DNA of 64,000 bases, taken from the NCBI GenBank assembly GCA_043826355.1, contig JBDRQI010000004.1, forward strand, positions 32,001 through 96,000, read 5' to 3'. A program made the translations under genes and the position numbers. This document shows, one piece after another, positions 30,760 to 40,691 of the stretch. The notes beneath the pieces are model-generated. The model did not search any database, was not told where the DNA came from, and worked only from the letters and a program-made list of their open reading frames with translations. Within the stretch, counting starts at the first letter, position 1; each line of letters opens with the position of its first letter. Origin of the DNA: Candidatus Omnitrophota bacterium (GTDB lineage: Bacteria; Ratteibacteria; UBA8468; MWAK01).

Positions 30760-30859
30760 CAACGTTTTTCCTGCCTTGTAAAAATTCCTTATTTGACGAA
30801 TGTATTATTCTTGTTATAAAATACAGGTACAAAGTACAGGTATGAACAGGTAAAACACA

Positions 30860-31942
30860 ATGAGGAAAAAACCAGAACCGATTTACAGAAAATTAGAGGA
30901 AGACCTCTTGCGAAAAATACAGGAGAAGAAGTTAAGGCCGGACCAAGTTCTTTCTTCCGAAAATCAACTGGCCCGTGAGTATAAAATGAGCAGAACTTCG
31001 GTTCGCGTAACCCTTAACAATTTAAAAGCAAAAAGTCTTATCTATTCTCTGCCCGGGAAAGGGAACTTCGTAAAAGGTTACGGTGCCATAAAAAACAAGA
31101 ACAGGCGGATAGCCCTTGTCGTTCCGGACCTGGAGAATTCGAATTTTAACATCTATCACGGTATAGAAGACGTGCTGGAAAAAGAAGGGTTTACCCTCAT
31201 CGTTTATAATTCCAGGCGAAGCATAGAAAAGGAGAATAAAAACATACAAGCCTTGATGGAAGGCAATGAATCAGCAGCGATAATCTTTCCAAACTGGGGT
31301 AAAGCCAATTTTGAACTATTGTATCAACTCAAAAGGATGAATTACCCCTTTGTTTTGATAGACAGGTATTTCCCGGACATAGAAACCGATTACATGATAA
31401 CAAACAATAAAAAGGGTGGTTATCTGGCTACCGAATATCTTATAAATTTGGGCCACAGGAAGATTGGGGTGATATACGGCGTGAACTGTACGGCTATCGA
31501 AGACCGATTTCAGGGATATCTTGATGCTTTAACCAAACACAAAATTGCGTTTTTCGCTTCCCTAACCAAGAAGATTCCCCAAGACGAGAAATACTTTAAG
31601 GAGGAACCCTCAAGCGGTGGAGTTTGGGAGACTAAGGAACTGTTGAAGGAGAAACCGACAGCTATTTTTGCCACCAATGACTTTTTGGCAAGAAACGCTT
31701 TGAATACAATAAGGAAATCAGGTCTTTCGGTTCCGGAAGATATTTCTCTGGTCGGTTTCGACAACCAGGAATTCTCCGAGGACCTTGGGTTGACCACAAT
31801 CGCGCAGCCGTTTTACCGGATAGGCCAAAAAGCTGCTCAACTGGTTATTGAAAAACTCAAAGGAGAAAAAAAGATTAAGAAATTATCTTTGGCACCGGAA
31901 CTGATTATTCGGAAAAGTTGTAAAAAAATCGTGCCGGAATAA
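30860..31942 (+). CDS. GntR-HTH / LacI-sensor hybrid regulator (AraR-like)
   Basis: LSSENQLAREYKMSRTSVR..GKGNFV; VPEDISLVGFDN, LTTIAQP. Confidence 0.9.
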   Translation: MRKKPEPIYRKLEEDLLRKIQEKKLRPDQVLSSENQLAREYKMSRTSVRVTLNNLKAKSLIYSLPGKGNFVKGYGAIKNKNRRIALVVPDLENSNFNIYHGIEDVLEKEGFTLIVYNSRRSIEKENKNIQALMEGNESAAIIFPNWGKANFELLYQLKRMNYPFVLIDRYFPDIETDYMITNNKKGGYLATEYLINLGHRKIGVIYGVNCTAIEDRFQGYLDALTKHKIAFFASLTKKIPQDEKYFKEEPSSGGVWETKELLKEKPTAIFATNDFLARNALNTIRKSGLSVPEDISLVGFDNQEFSEDLGLTTIAQPFYRIGQKAAQLVIEKLKGEKKIKKLSLAPELIIRKSCKKIVPE

Positions 31943-31991
31943 ATATATATTTTTTCTTCTTAAGAATACAAGTTTAAACAGGTTTATTAAA

Positions 31992-33164
31992 ATGAGTGTT
32001 TTAACTATTGTTTTTAAAGAGTTACCTCTTCACGATACCTGCTGGTCATTAATCACCGGAGTTGATGGAAATATTTATATCGGAATTTGTGGAGAGATGA
32101 CCGGCGGACTTAGCGGCTATATTGCTTCTTACAACCCCAAGACGGAAGAAACAGAATATTTGTTGGAAGTCGCGAAAGCACTCGGCGTTCCGTCGAATAA
32201 CGGCCAAGCAAGCCACGCGAAAATCCACTACAGCCTGGTTACCGATAAAGAGGGTATCTTGTATGCCGCAACGCACTGCACAGGTGCTCCCGCAGGAGAT
32301 TTTATCTGGAGACCATGGAACTGCTGGACCCATCCAATCAAGAATTTCAGTGGTTCGGGACTTGTCGTTTATGACCCCCGAAAAAAGGAAACACTGTTTA
32401 CGGACTTTCTTCTGCCTAACGAAGGGACCAGATGCATGACGCTTGCTTGTAAAAGAAAGAAGCTCTATGGAATTTCTTATCCCAGAGACCACTTTTTCAC
32501 TTATGATTTAAGAAGACGCAAACTCCGCGATTTGGGCAGAATCGGAAGCATCAATCCCCAGGCTATATTTCTTGACCCGGAGGAAAACGGCTATACAACC
32601 GACGATTACGGAAATATAATCAAGTATGATGCCGGAAAAGAACAATTGCAGGATATTGATGTCCAAATTCCCCACGCTTCTTTTCGCAACGGCTTTCACA
32701 ACGTTCCCTATGACGTAACTCCTTCTCTAGACGGGGAAAGCGTCTACGGGGTAACCTGGGCATTCGGGGAGAGATTGTTCCGTTATGAATTTAAAAAGAA
32801 AAAGATTTATGACTTTGGCAAGGCCTGCGGAGAAGAGAGTGAGGAATGGTCTCACATTATCAAGAGCCACACCGGCGGCCTTGTCTTCGGAGACGATGGC
32901 AACCTTTACTTTGTTTCTAACCTGGTTTTAAGAGGCAAAAGTTCCCCTCATCTTATCCGCTTTAATCCCGAAACGCTAAAAAGAGAAATTGTCGAAGAGA
33001 TAACCTGCCAGGGAAAACCGGCCGACCACATCTCCCGGGCAACATTTGATTCTTTCGGCAATCTATATTTCGCCGAAGTGGGTAACAAACCCACCAAAAT
33101 TTTCAAGTTTGAAGGCGCAAAAACAGCCGATACAACCAAACGAGTGTTTAGACACTGGGGATAA
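31992..33164 (+). CDS. Uncharacterised beta-propeller protein
   Basis: Repeated DG.IY / G.LY strands; no signal peptide. Confidence 0.6.
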   Translation: MSVLTIVFKELPLHDTCWSLITGVDGNIYIGICGEMTGGLSGYIASYNPKTEETEYLLEVAKALGVPSNNGQASHAKIHYSLVTDKEGILYAATHCTGAPAGDFIWRPWNCWTHPIKNFSGSGLVVYDPRKKETLFTDFLLPNEGTRCMTLACKRKKLYGISYPRDHFFTYDLRRRKLRDLGRIGSINPQAIFLDPEENGYTTDDYGNIIKYDAGKEQLQDIDVQIPHASFRNGFHNVPYDVTPSLDGESVYGVTWAFGERLFRYEFKKKKIYDFGKACGEESEEWSHIIKSHTGGLVFGDDGNLYFVSNLVLRGKSSPHLIRFNPETLKREIVEEITCQGKPADHISRATFDSFGNLYFAEVGNKPTKIFKFEGAKTADTTKRVFRHWG

Positions 33165-33165
33165 A

Positions 33166-34425
33166 ATGAAAAACAAAAAATGGCCTGTTCCGGCAATTGA
33201 AGATGAACGGTTCAAGGGTGAGGGCATAAAACGATTCCTTAAAATGCGGGCGGAGTACGAAAAATCCGCTTTTGTCAGCGAAGGCCATCTGGAAGTAAGA
33301 CGGCTTGGTCCGGTTGCTTTTGCTGAAGTAATCCCGCCGGAGGAATGTGCCGTTACTTCGCTGGTGCGTTATTCCAGCGGAAAGATTTACGGCGGAACCT
33401 CCGGCCGGAAAGCTCATTTGTTCTATTACGACCCTTCCCCGGATGCCGACGTCGTTGTTGATGCGGGGGTGGTGGGAGAAAACACCGGGATCACCTCTTT
33501 GGTCACAGAAGAGACGGGGAAAATATTCGGAGCAACCGACGGTAAAAACGGCGGATTTTTGTTTTCCTACTCTCCGTGTGAAGTGTTGCTTGATAAGTTG
33601 ACGCTGAAAGGAAAAGGACTGCGGGAAATTTTTGACGCTCCGGCCGAAGACCAGGTTTTCCACAGCATCGTTGACCCCTGCCACTCAGCCGGAAAGGTAG
33701 ACACTCTCTTAAAGCCGTTCAAACACGAAGGCATTTCTTCTCTGGCAATAGACAATAACCGGAAAATACTCTACGGCCTTTCCTCCAAAAACGGATTATT
33801 TTTTACTTACGAAATAGAAAAAAAGAAGATTACCGTTAAGGAAAAAATAGATGAAATCAACGAATTTTCCCGAAAATTGCTCATCGTCAAAAATGGTATT
33901 GTTTACGGTTTGGGATATAAAGGTCAAATTGTCAAATTTGACCCTAAAAAAAGTAAGCTGGAGAGACTGGATATTTTTGCTCCTTCCTTAAAAGGCAGAG
34001 AACTCTACAATCGAGTGGACTGCTGGGTTTTTGATGAAGAGAGCGGTTTGATTTACGGCGGAACAATTGACGGGATTATCTTCATCTTCAATCCGGAAAA
34101 CGAAGAGATTATCTGTTTGGGCAAACCGATTGACCAGATGAGAATCCGGGCTTTGACCGTAGGAAAAGACGGACGGGTCTTTGGTGTCGGCGGCGAGCCG
34201 GGCAAATGCTGCCATCTCTTTGTTTATGAACCGAGAAAACGGCAACTCCGTGACTTGGGAGTTTTATTGGCGACCCACGAAACCCCATGGTGCGGATATG
34301 AGATAGATTCTGCGGTTACCGGTAAGGACGGTGAGATTTATCTCGGCGAAAGCGACCGGATAAGCCACCTTTTTATCTATTTTCCACAAATTGAAAGGAG
34401 AAATGCATGCCAGAAATCAGAGTAG
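33166..34425 (+). CDS. Uncharacterised beta-propeller protein
   Basis: Repeated G.IYGG / DG.VFG blades; abuts the preceding gene. Confidence 0.6.
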   Translation: MKNKKWPVPAIEDERFKGEGIKRFLKMRAEYEKSAFVSEGHLEVRRLGPVAFAEVIPPEECAVTSLVRYSSGKIYGGTSGRKAHLFYYDPSPDADVVVDAGVVGENTGITSLVTEETGKIFGATDGKNGGFLFSYSPCEVLLDKLTLKGKGLREIFDAPAEDQVFHSIVDPCHSAGKVDTLLKPFKHEGISSLAIDNNRKILYGLSSKNGLFFTYEIEKKKITVKEKIDEINEFSRKLLIVKNGIVYGLGYKGQIVKFDPKKSKLERLDIFAPSLKGRELYNRVDCWVFDEESGLIYGGTIDGIIFIFNPENEEIICLGKPIDQMRIRALTVGKDGRVFGVGGEPGKCCHLFVYEPRKRQLRDLGVLLATHETPWCGYEIDSAVTGKDGEIYLGESDRISHLFIYFPQIERRNACQKSE

Positions 34426-34460
34426 CGGTAATCGGGGTAGACAATTGCACCAACTCTTTA
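34407..34460 (+). pseudogene. 5' fragment of inositol-3-phosphate synthase
   Basis: AAGGAG RBS followed by MPEIRVAVIGVDNCTNSL (compare IRVAIIGVGNCASSL), then similarity is lost. Confidence 0.55.
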
Positions 34461-34669
34461 TTTATTTCCTTCTTAACGGAGGTAATATGAGGGGTATAAT
34501 TGGAGGGATAATTAAGTGGTATGCTTTTGACCTTAATCGTTGGGTCGGTTAGAGGAGAGGAATTAAAACTCAAACCATTTTTGTATGAGGAAAATTTTGA
34601 AACCGATGACCCTTTTGTAGATTGGGTAAATCCCGGAGGGGGTAAGGTTAATTTTAAAGGAGACTCCAA

Positions 34670-37405
34670 ATGGGACAGATTAATAAAGTTGCATTGAAAA
34701 TCCTGAGAATGTTAACAGTGGCAGGGTTTGTAGTATTTAATCAGACCTCTCTTGTTTCAGCGAATAACATAACCGACGATGGTTCGCTTAGGCTTTTGTT
34801 TCACTTTGATGAAAATGAAGGTTGGGTGACTAAGGATTCCAATTCTTGCGGTAGTGATGGAAGAATTGTTCGTGATTGTGTATGGGCATCAGAAAAACAT
34901 CCGGAGGACGCGTTGGTTAGCATCGAAAAGTTCTCTCAAGTTCGCGCGGCAGAAGAGGAAATATCCTTACGTCAGAACGAGAACGTTGCTTTGCGTAAGA
35001 AGTACACTTTTTCCCTGGTTCCGAATTATTGGGGGTCTAAGGACGACGGAGACATGCTTCAACTTACCGACGGCAAGTATGCCTCGGTTCCTTACGAACA
35101 GTCCGTAGATAAAGGTAATTTTTGGACTCAAAAGCCAGTTGTTGGTTGGCATGTTTCCCTAAAACCTTTAGAAATAAAGATTGACCTGGGCACAGTTTAT
35201 CCTATTAGCGAAGTTATCTTTAGCACTGCCTCCCGCCTCGAGTCAGAGGTTGGTTTTCCTTTAATAGAAGTTTTAGTAAGTGACGACGATGCAATATATA
35301 CGCTGGTAGGTAAAATATCGGATGAGAATCTGGTTATTGAGCACCTCGATCCTCGGCAGGAGTATAGACGCAAACTTAGAACCGGGGACATGAAGACTCG
35401 CGGCAGATATGTTTTGCTGTGTGTTGTACCCGATAAAGGATCATATGTTTTCTGCGACGAAATAGAGATAATAAAAAGCGATCGTGATTCCGACAAAGTG
35501 AATCTTGACGGATTGCCTCGCTTCACTCTGGAACAAATCAGTAAGAGGGGAGATCGCGCTCTGCAAATAAAAAGGTCAGCAGAGATAATGAGGTTAAATC
35601 TTAGAACAATACGGGAGAATTTGGAACAAGCGAAACTTTCGGAAAAGACAGCCGCATTGACTGAGAACGAGTTAAAAAAACTGGAGGATGATGTCAAATC
35701 CAGCGCAGCAACATTGATGACAGAAGAACTGGTTGATAGTTTTAACCGGAGAATAGTCGAAATCAGCAGTCGGATAAATCAGGCTATCTTTCCCGAAACG
35801 CCTTATGTCGTCTGGTATAAAAATCTCTGGGAAGATTTCACCCCCTATGAATTACCTCAGCCAACGGGTTTACCGTTCGGAGAGATTTCTATCTTTATGG
35901 GAAAAAATGAATATGAACCTGCTGCTTTTATGATTACCAATACTGCCGACAAAGACGTTACAGTAAAAATAGAAATCCCGGATATTCTGGACAAATACAA
36001 GCAGAAAATGATTAATATCGACGTAAGATACAGTGTGTTTGTTCAAACATCGGCACTTAAATTGTTGGTCGCAGACGCCCTGCCGTCTGCTCTGGTGGGT
36101 GGGGCTAACTATGTTACCGTTCCTCAGGGACAAACCAGGCAAATCTGGTTAACTTTAAAAACCGATGAGAGAATAACGCCGGGTGAGTATAAAATAAAAG
36201 TGCATATTGTTTCGGATTCCGGTTCCAAATTTATTGCTATCAAGTCTGTGGTTTATCCATTGGTTCTACCCGATACCGATAGATTCACTGCCCTTAATGT
36301 CACTTGGGGCAGTATTTCAAATCTTTCTAAAATAGAAACAATTGTCCCGGCGGATCTTTTGTCTCATCATGTTAATTGTATTCCCATCTATTGTCCGCCG
36401 GATGCTCAGCCACGCTTTGATAAGGATGGGAACATTGTTAAATCTGCCGATTACAGCAAAATAGATAATGAATTAAACTTATACGGCAACAATGTTTTTT
36501 ACCTCTTTTACTGGTATGGATGGAAACCCGGATCGGAACAAGTGAAATTGTACAGCGGGTTAGAATACCTTAGTCCGGAATGGAAGAAAGCTTTTAAGAG
36601 TTGGGTTAGCGAGTTTGTCGGGCACCTTACGGAAAGGGGAATAAATTATGGAAATTTTGCTTTTTACCCGTGTGACGAACCAAACACAGAAGATTTGAAG
36701 AAGTTCTTTATGGAAAGTGCCGCGCAAATAAAGGAGACAGACCCGAAAATAAATATTTTCGTCACTATGAATTTCCGCGACTGGTCGTTTGAAGATTTAA
36801 ATAAATCTCTTCCTTACGCAGATATTTATTGTTTTTGTCCTTTCTGGCAGAGAATAGCAGATTTAAAGAAAATAGCACTTCTGAAAAACGCCAACAAAAT
36901 TACTATCGCGTATAATTCTCCCTGTGCCAATAAATGGGAATCACCAACTGTTGGATTTCGAGTGATATTCTGGCAGGCCTGGTCCTGGGGACTTGATGGA
37001 TATGGAACTTGGCGTTATTATAATAAAACAGGTGATTCTGTCTGGGATGACTTTGACGGAACCAGAGGTGATGAGGCGTTTGTCTATGATGGGAAAAATG
37101 CGCCATTCAGAACTGCGGAAGAGATTATCCCGAGTAAAAGATGGGAAGCTTACCGGGAGGGCATAGAGGACTGGGAGTACTTACATATGCTGAAAGCGGT
37201 AATTGCTGAATCCGAAAAAAAAGGAATTTCCAAAAGTACCGTTGAGAAAGCCCGGGAGGCATTAAAAGAAGAGGTGGATAAATTAACCAAAAAGATTGAC
37301 GGAACGCCTGTCTCGACAAGGGACAAGATTGATCCCATGTTGGTTGATAAAGCAAGACAAAAGATTGCAGAAGAAATTATTTCAATGGAGCAACTTCTGC
37401 AGTGA
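34670..37405 (+). CDS. Large secreted carbohydrate-active protein (discoidin-like plus DUF4091/GH123-like C-terminus)
   Basis: Signal peptide, LTDG..IDLG discoidin pattern, DEP, SKRWEAYREGIEDWEYL. Confidence 0.65.
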   Translation: MGQINKVALKILRMLTVAGFVVFNQTSLVSANNITDDGSLRLLFHFDENEGWVTKDSNSCGSDGRIVRDCVWASEKHPEDALVSIEKFSQVRAAEEEISLRQNENVALRKKYTFSLVPNYWGSKDDGDMLQLTDGKYASVPYEQSVDKGNFWTQKPVVGWHVSLKPLEIKIDLGTVYPISEVIFSTASRLESEVGFPLIEVLVSDDDAIYTLVGKISDENLVIEHLDPRQEYRRKLRTGDMKTRGRYVLLCVVPDKGSYVFCDEIEIIKSDRDSDKVNLDGLPRFTLEQISKRGDRALQIKRSAEIMRLNLRTIRENLEQAKLSEKTAALTENELKKLEDDVKSSAATLMTEELVDSFNRRIVEISSRINQAIFPETPYVVWYKNLWEDFTPYELPQPTGLPFGEISIFMGKNEYEPAAFMITNTADKDVTVKIEIPDILDKYKQKMINIDVRYSVFVQTSALKLLVADALPSALVGGANYVTVPQGQTRQIWLTLKTDERITPGEYKIKVHIVSDSGSKFIAIKSVVYPLVLPDTDRFTALNVTWGSISNLSKIETIVPADLLSHHVNCIPIYCPPDAQPRFDKDGNIVKSADYSKIDNELNLYGNNVFYLFYWYGWKPGSEQVKLYSGLEYLSPEWKKAFKSWVSEFVGHLTERGINYGNFAFYPCDEPNTEDLKKFFMESAAQIKETDPKINIFVTMNFRDWSFEDLNKSLPYADIYCFCPFWQRIADLKKIALLKNANKITIAYNSPCANKWESPTVGFRVIFWQAWSWGLDGYGTWRYYNKTGDSVWDDFDGTRGDEAFVYDGKNAPFRTAEEIIPSKRWEAYREGIEDWEYLHMLKAVIAESEKKGISKSTVEKAREALKEEVDKLTKKIDGTPVSTRDKIDPMLVDKARQKIAEEIISMEQLLQ

Positions 37406-37733
37406 ACCTGGCGCGCCCCCAATAGACTGTACCAAAGAGTGGGGGAAGGTTAAAATGTTCATACGGCATGAGGATGTTTTTTACGAACGAGGCGATGGTC
37501 AGTCCTGGCACGGGAGAGCACTTTGATTAGCGGAAGCGTATTTGCTAATGGTAAAATTTAATAAAGCAGGAATTGCATCGATTGGGTATTAGAAGATAGG
37601 ACCCAATGCGGGTTAAGGGCTGAAGAAGTGTCGGCGACGAATGTCCTGGGGGCATTCCCATACCGGGCGATAGTTCTGGAGGTTTTCTGATGACTGCCCG
37701 TTCCTTGCGGAAAAAGTAGTAGAGAGGAATCAG

Positions 37734-37824
37734 ATGAAAATAACATTTATTGGTACTTCATCCTGCGTTCCCGATGTTGGTTCGGAGACAAGTTCTTTTC
37801 TTATTGATGCCAAAATTTTAGTGT
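37734..37824 (+). pseudogene. 5' fragment of an MBL-fold/RNase Z-like hydrolase
   Basis: MKITFIGTSSCVPDVGSETSSFLI, cut by an IS end. Confidence 0.6.
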
Positions 37825-37912
37825 TGTACGTCGTCAGCAATTAGTGGAGACGGAGGGCCATTTTTTAGTTTGTAGTTTTTGATCTTGGTTCGGATGGATT
37901 GGGCAGGTTATA
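37825..37912 (+). mobile_element. Isolated left end of an IS related to the IS3 at 21530-23103
   Basis: TGTACGTCGTCAGCAATTAGT...ATCTTGGTTCGGATGGATTGGGCAGGTTATA aligns to the reverse complement of 23017-23103. Confidence 0.8.
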
Positions 37913-38102
37913 GAAGTAAAAATTCGGGGCGTTTTAGTTTACAGACAGATAAGGCCGGCGTAAAATATGGTGCGCAAGGTAAAATGCCAGGTTAAAACGG
38001 CTTTTTTGAAAGTTAAATGGAGGATATCCCACCATATACGGCGGACGATATACGGTCCGGAACGGATATTGTACTCATCCTTGCGTAACCGTCTTTTCGA
38101 CA

Positions 38103-39245
38103 ATGAATTCAAAAGAGAGATTTGAAGCGGTTCTGCTGAAAAAGAAGACCGACAAAATCCCGGTTAACCATCGCGGATTTTCCTCCAAAGCGGCTTCCTA
38201 CATCATCGGCCGGGAAGCGTATGTAGGCGGAGGCATTCAGCAGTGGCGGGAATCAAAGTCGCTCTTTGAGGGATGGCATGAGGAGTTTCTGGAACGTTCA
38301 TTCCGGGACGCTGTTGATTTGTCCCTGGCCACCCGCCAGGATATGATAAGGCCGGGATATTGGCGCCTGCCGAAAAAACCGACCGGAAAGATTGATGAGA
38401 ACACCTACCTCTACGCGTGCGGAGAAGAAAAGGACTGGGAGGTCCTTCGCTTCAACCCGGAAAGCGAACAGGCGAATACGTTCCCCCGCCTGCCACGCGA
38501 AACAACAATTGACGACCTGAAGAAAGAGGTAAATGATAACGATAAAAAGGTTGCGTCATATCAACCCTCTGAATCGGACTTTGCCGAATCCATAAAAGCG
38601 CAGGGACTCTACTTGGATAAATATGCCGTTGAGGTCGGCGGCGTCGGTGTAGGCATACCGGCCCGAAACGCGAATATCTGGATGGAGATGATGCTGCTGG
38701 ACCCGGGAGTGGTAGAGGCGCACATAAATCAGCAGGTTGAAACAGCGAGAAGAAACGTGGCCTTCCTGTCGAAATACAAATTCCGCTATTTCCTGGGCGG
38801 AGGGGATTTCGCTTCAGAAAACGGACCTTTTTATTCTCCTCCGTTGTTCCGAAAACTAATTCTGCCCGGGATAAAAAAGGTCTCCGAAATATGTCATGAA
38901 TACGGAGGGTACCATTTCTTTGCCAGCGACGGAAACCTCTGGCCGGTCTCTCAGTATCTTTTCGGGGAATCCGGCACAGACGTATATTTTGAAATAGACC
39001 GGAAAGCCGGAATGGACCTGGAACTTCTGAGGCAAAGATTTCCAAACCTGTCGCTTTTGGGAAACATCAGTTCCTGGACGCTGGCGCGGGGAACCAAAGA
39101 AACGGTCAGGCAGGAAGTCCTCTCGTGCCTGGAAACGGCAAAAAAGTACGGCGGGATAATTGCGGGGGTTTCAAATTATATCCTGGCCGAAACACCGCCG
39201 GAAAATATGGACACGCTGCTGGAAACGATTGAAAAAGAAAGGTAA
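38103..39245 (+). CDS. Uroporphyrinogen decarboxylase/MtaA-like family protein
   Basis: MNSKERF..DKIPV, GGGDFA, SDGN, LLGNI TIM-barrel pattern. Confidence 0.75.
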   Translation: MNSKERFEAVLLKKKTDKIPVNHRGFSSKAASYIIGREAYVGGGIQQWRESKSLFEGWHEEFLERSFRDAVDLSLATRQDMIRPGYWRLPKKPTGKIDENTYLYACGEEKDWEVLRFNPESEQANTFPRLPRETTIDDLKKEVNDNDKKVASYQPSESDFAESIKAQGLYLDKYAVEVGGVGVGIPARNANIWMEMMLLDPGVVEAHINQQVETARRNVAFLSKYKFRYFLGGGDFASENGPFYSPPLFRKLILPGIKKVSEICHEYGGYHFFASDGNLWPVSQYLFGESGTDVYFEIDRKAGMDLELLRQRFPNLSLLGNISSWTLARGTKETVRQEVLSCLETAKKYGGIIAGVSNYILAETPPENMDTLLETIEKER

Positions 39246-39282
39246 GGGGCTAACGGATGCGCCGCGGTCGGAATATGATAAT

Positions 39283-39450
39283 ATGATTTGGCAGAATAAA
39301 ACGGTAGTCTTTCTGGACCTGGAAACGACCGGGCTTACCCCGGGTCAGGACCGGACTGTCGAAATCGGCGCCCTGAAGACAAAAAACCGGAAAGAGGGTA
39401 GAATCATTTGTAACATTAAAAGAGGCAAGACAGAAAGAGAAATTTTATAA
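39283..39450 (+). pseudogene. Truncated DEDDh 3'-5' exonuclease
   Basis: VFLDLETTGL..DRTVEIGA (ExoI motif) only. Confidence 0.65.
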
Positions 39451-39516
39451 ATCCGCAACGTAGCGAAGAGTTTCAAAGAAAATGCTTTTTAATTAACGAA
39501 GCCTTGGCGTAGTCAA

Positions 39517-39531
39517 TCCCACCCTCTCCGC
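39517..39531 (+). repeat. Fourth copy of the tRNA-Ser 3' core (possible outer att site)
   Basis: AATCCCACCCTCTCCGC. Confidence 0.7.
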
Positions 39532-39606
39532 CTACGCTCGCCATAGTGAGCTTCGGCGGACGCAGTCCAGCATTGGTTTGATGCTAAATCAAAAACAGAG
39601 GAAAAA

Positions 39607-40665
39607 ATGAAAGAGACCATGACCGGGAAAGAAAGGTGGCTGGCGGTATTGCAGAGGAAGTCTCCCGACCGGATTCCCATGGACTACTGGTCCACCCCGG
39701 AGGTTGACGAAAAACTGAAGAAACATTTCGGCTGCGCAGAGATGGAGGAGGTTTTTAAGAGACTAAGGATAGACCGTCCTCTAGGTGTCGGGCCCGAATA
39801 TGTCGGGCCGAAGGTTCCGGAAGGTTTTGATATCTACGGCTGCCAGCGCCGCACGGTTGACTACGGAACAGGCAGTTACCAGGAGTGCGTGAGCCACCCG
39901 CTGGCCGAATTTACTTCAACGGCCGAGATTGAGCAAAAATATGCCTGGCCCAGCATCGATCATTATGATTTTTCAGCGGTAAAAAGACAGGTTGCGGGTA
40001 AGGATGACCGCCCGGTAGTCGGGGGAGGCTCTGAACCCTTCTTAACTTATAAACAATTAAGGGGAGACATTCAGGCATTTGTTGACCTGGTTGAAAATCC
40101 CGAAATCATTGAATACTGCCTGGGCAAACTCTTCGGCTTTCAATACGAATTAACCCGCAGAATTTACGAGGCCATTCCCGGGAAGGTCGACATCTCTTAC
40201 GTGGCCGAAGATCTGGGCGCCCAGGAGGGCCTGATGTACAGCCCGGACCAGATCAGGAGGTTCTTTCTTCCCTGGATGAAGCGGATGATGGAACTTGTCC
40301 ACCAGGGCGACGGCTTTGTTTTCTTTCACAGCGACGGTTCCATCAGAAAGATAATACCTGAGATGATCGCAACCGGCGTGGATATTTTAAACCCGATTCA
40401 GTGGAGATGCAAAGGGATGGAAAAAGAGGGTTTAAAGAAAGATTTCGGGGGAGAGTTGATATTCCACGGCGGGGTTGACAATCAGCAAATCCTGCCTTTT
40501 GGAACCGCGGCCGAGGTAAGGGCGGAAGTAATCGAAGATATTGAAATCTTCGGGAAAGGCGGCGGGTATATCCTTGCCCCCTGCCACAATATCCAGCCGG
40601 TCACCCCGGTGGAGAATATCGTTGCCATGTACGAAACCGGCTATGAATACGGCTGGGTGGAGTGA
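39607..40665 (+). CDS. Uroporphyrinogen decarboxylase/MtaA-like family protein
   Basis: PDRIP, AEDLG, HSDG, LNPIQ, FHGGVDNQ, GGYILAPCHNIQ. Confidence 0.85.
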   Translation: MKETMTGKERWLAVLQRKSPDRIPMDYWSTPEVDEKLKKHFGCAEMEEVFKRLRIDRPLGVGPEYVGPKVPEGFDIYGCQRRTVDYGTGSYQECVSHPLAEFTSTAEIEQKYAWPSIDHYDFSAVKRQVAGKDDRPVVGGGSEPFLTYKQLRGDIQAFVDLVENPEIIEYCLGKLFGFQYELTRRIYEAIPGKVDISYVAEDLGAQEGLMYSPDQIRRFFLPWMKRMMELVHQGDGFVFFHSDGSIRKIIPEMIATGVDILNPIQWRCKGMEKEGLKKDFGGELIFHGGVDNQQILPFGTAAEVRAEVIEDIEIFGKGGGYILAPCHNIQPVTPVENIVAMYETGYEYGWVE

Positions 40666-40691
40666 AGCATTTTTTTAAAAACGCAGAATTG

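Larger units (their letters stand above)
18962..30760. mobile_element. tRNA-Ser-anchored genomic island 1
   Basis: 15 bp core TCCCACCCTCTCCGC (tRNA 3' end) at 18962-18976 and 30746-30760; recombinase remnant at left end; AT-rich cargo segments. Confidence 0.8.
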
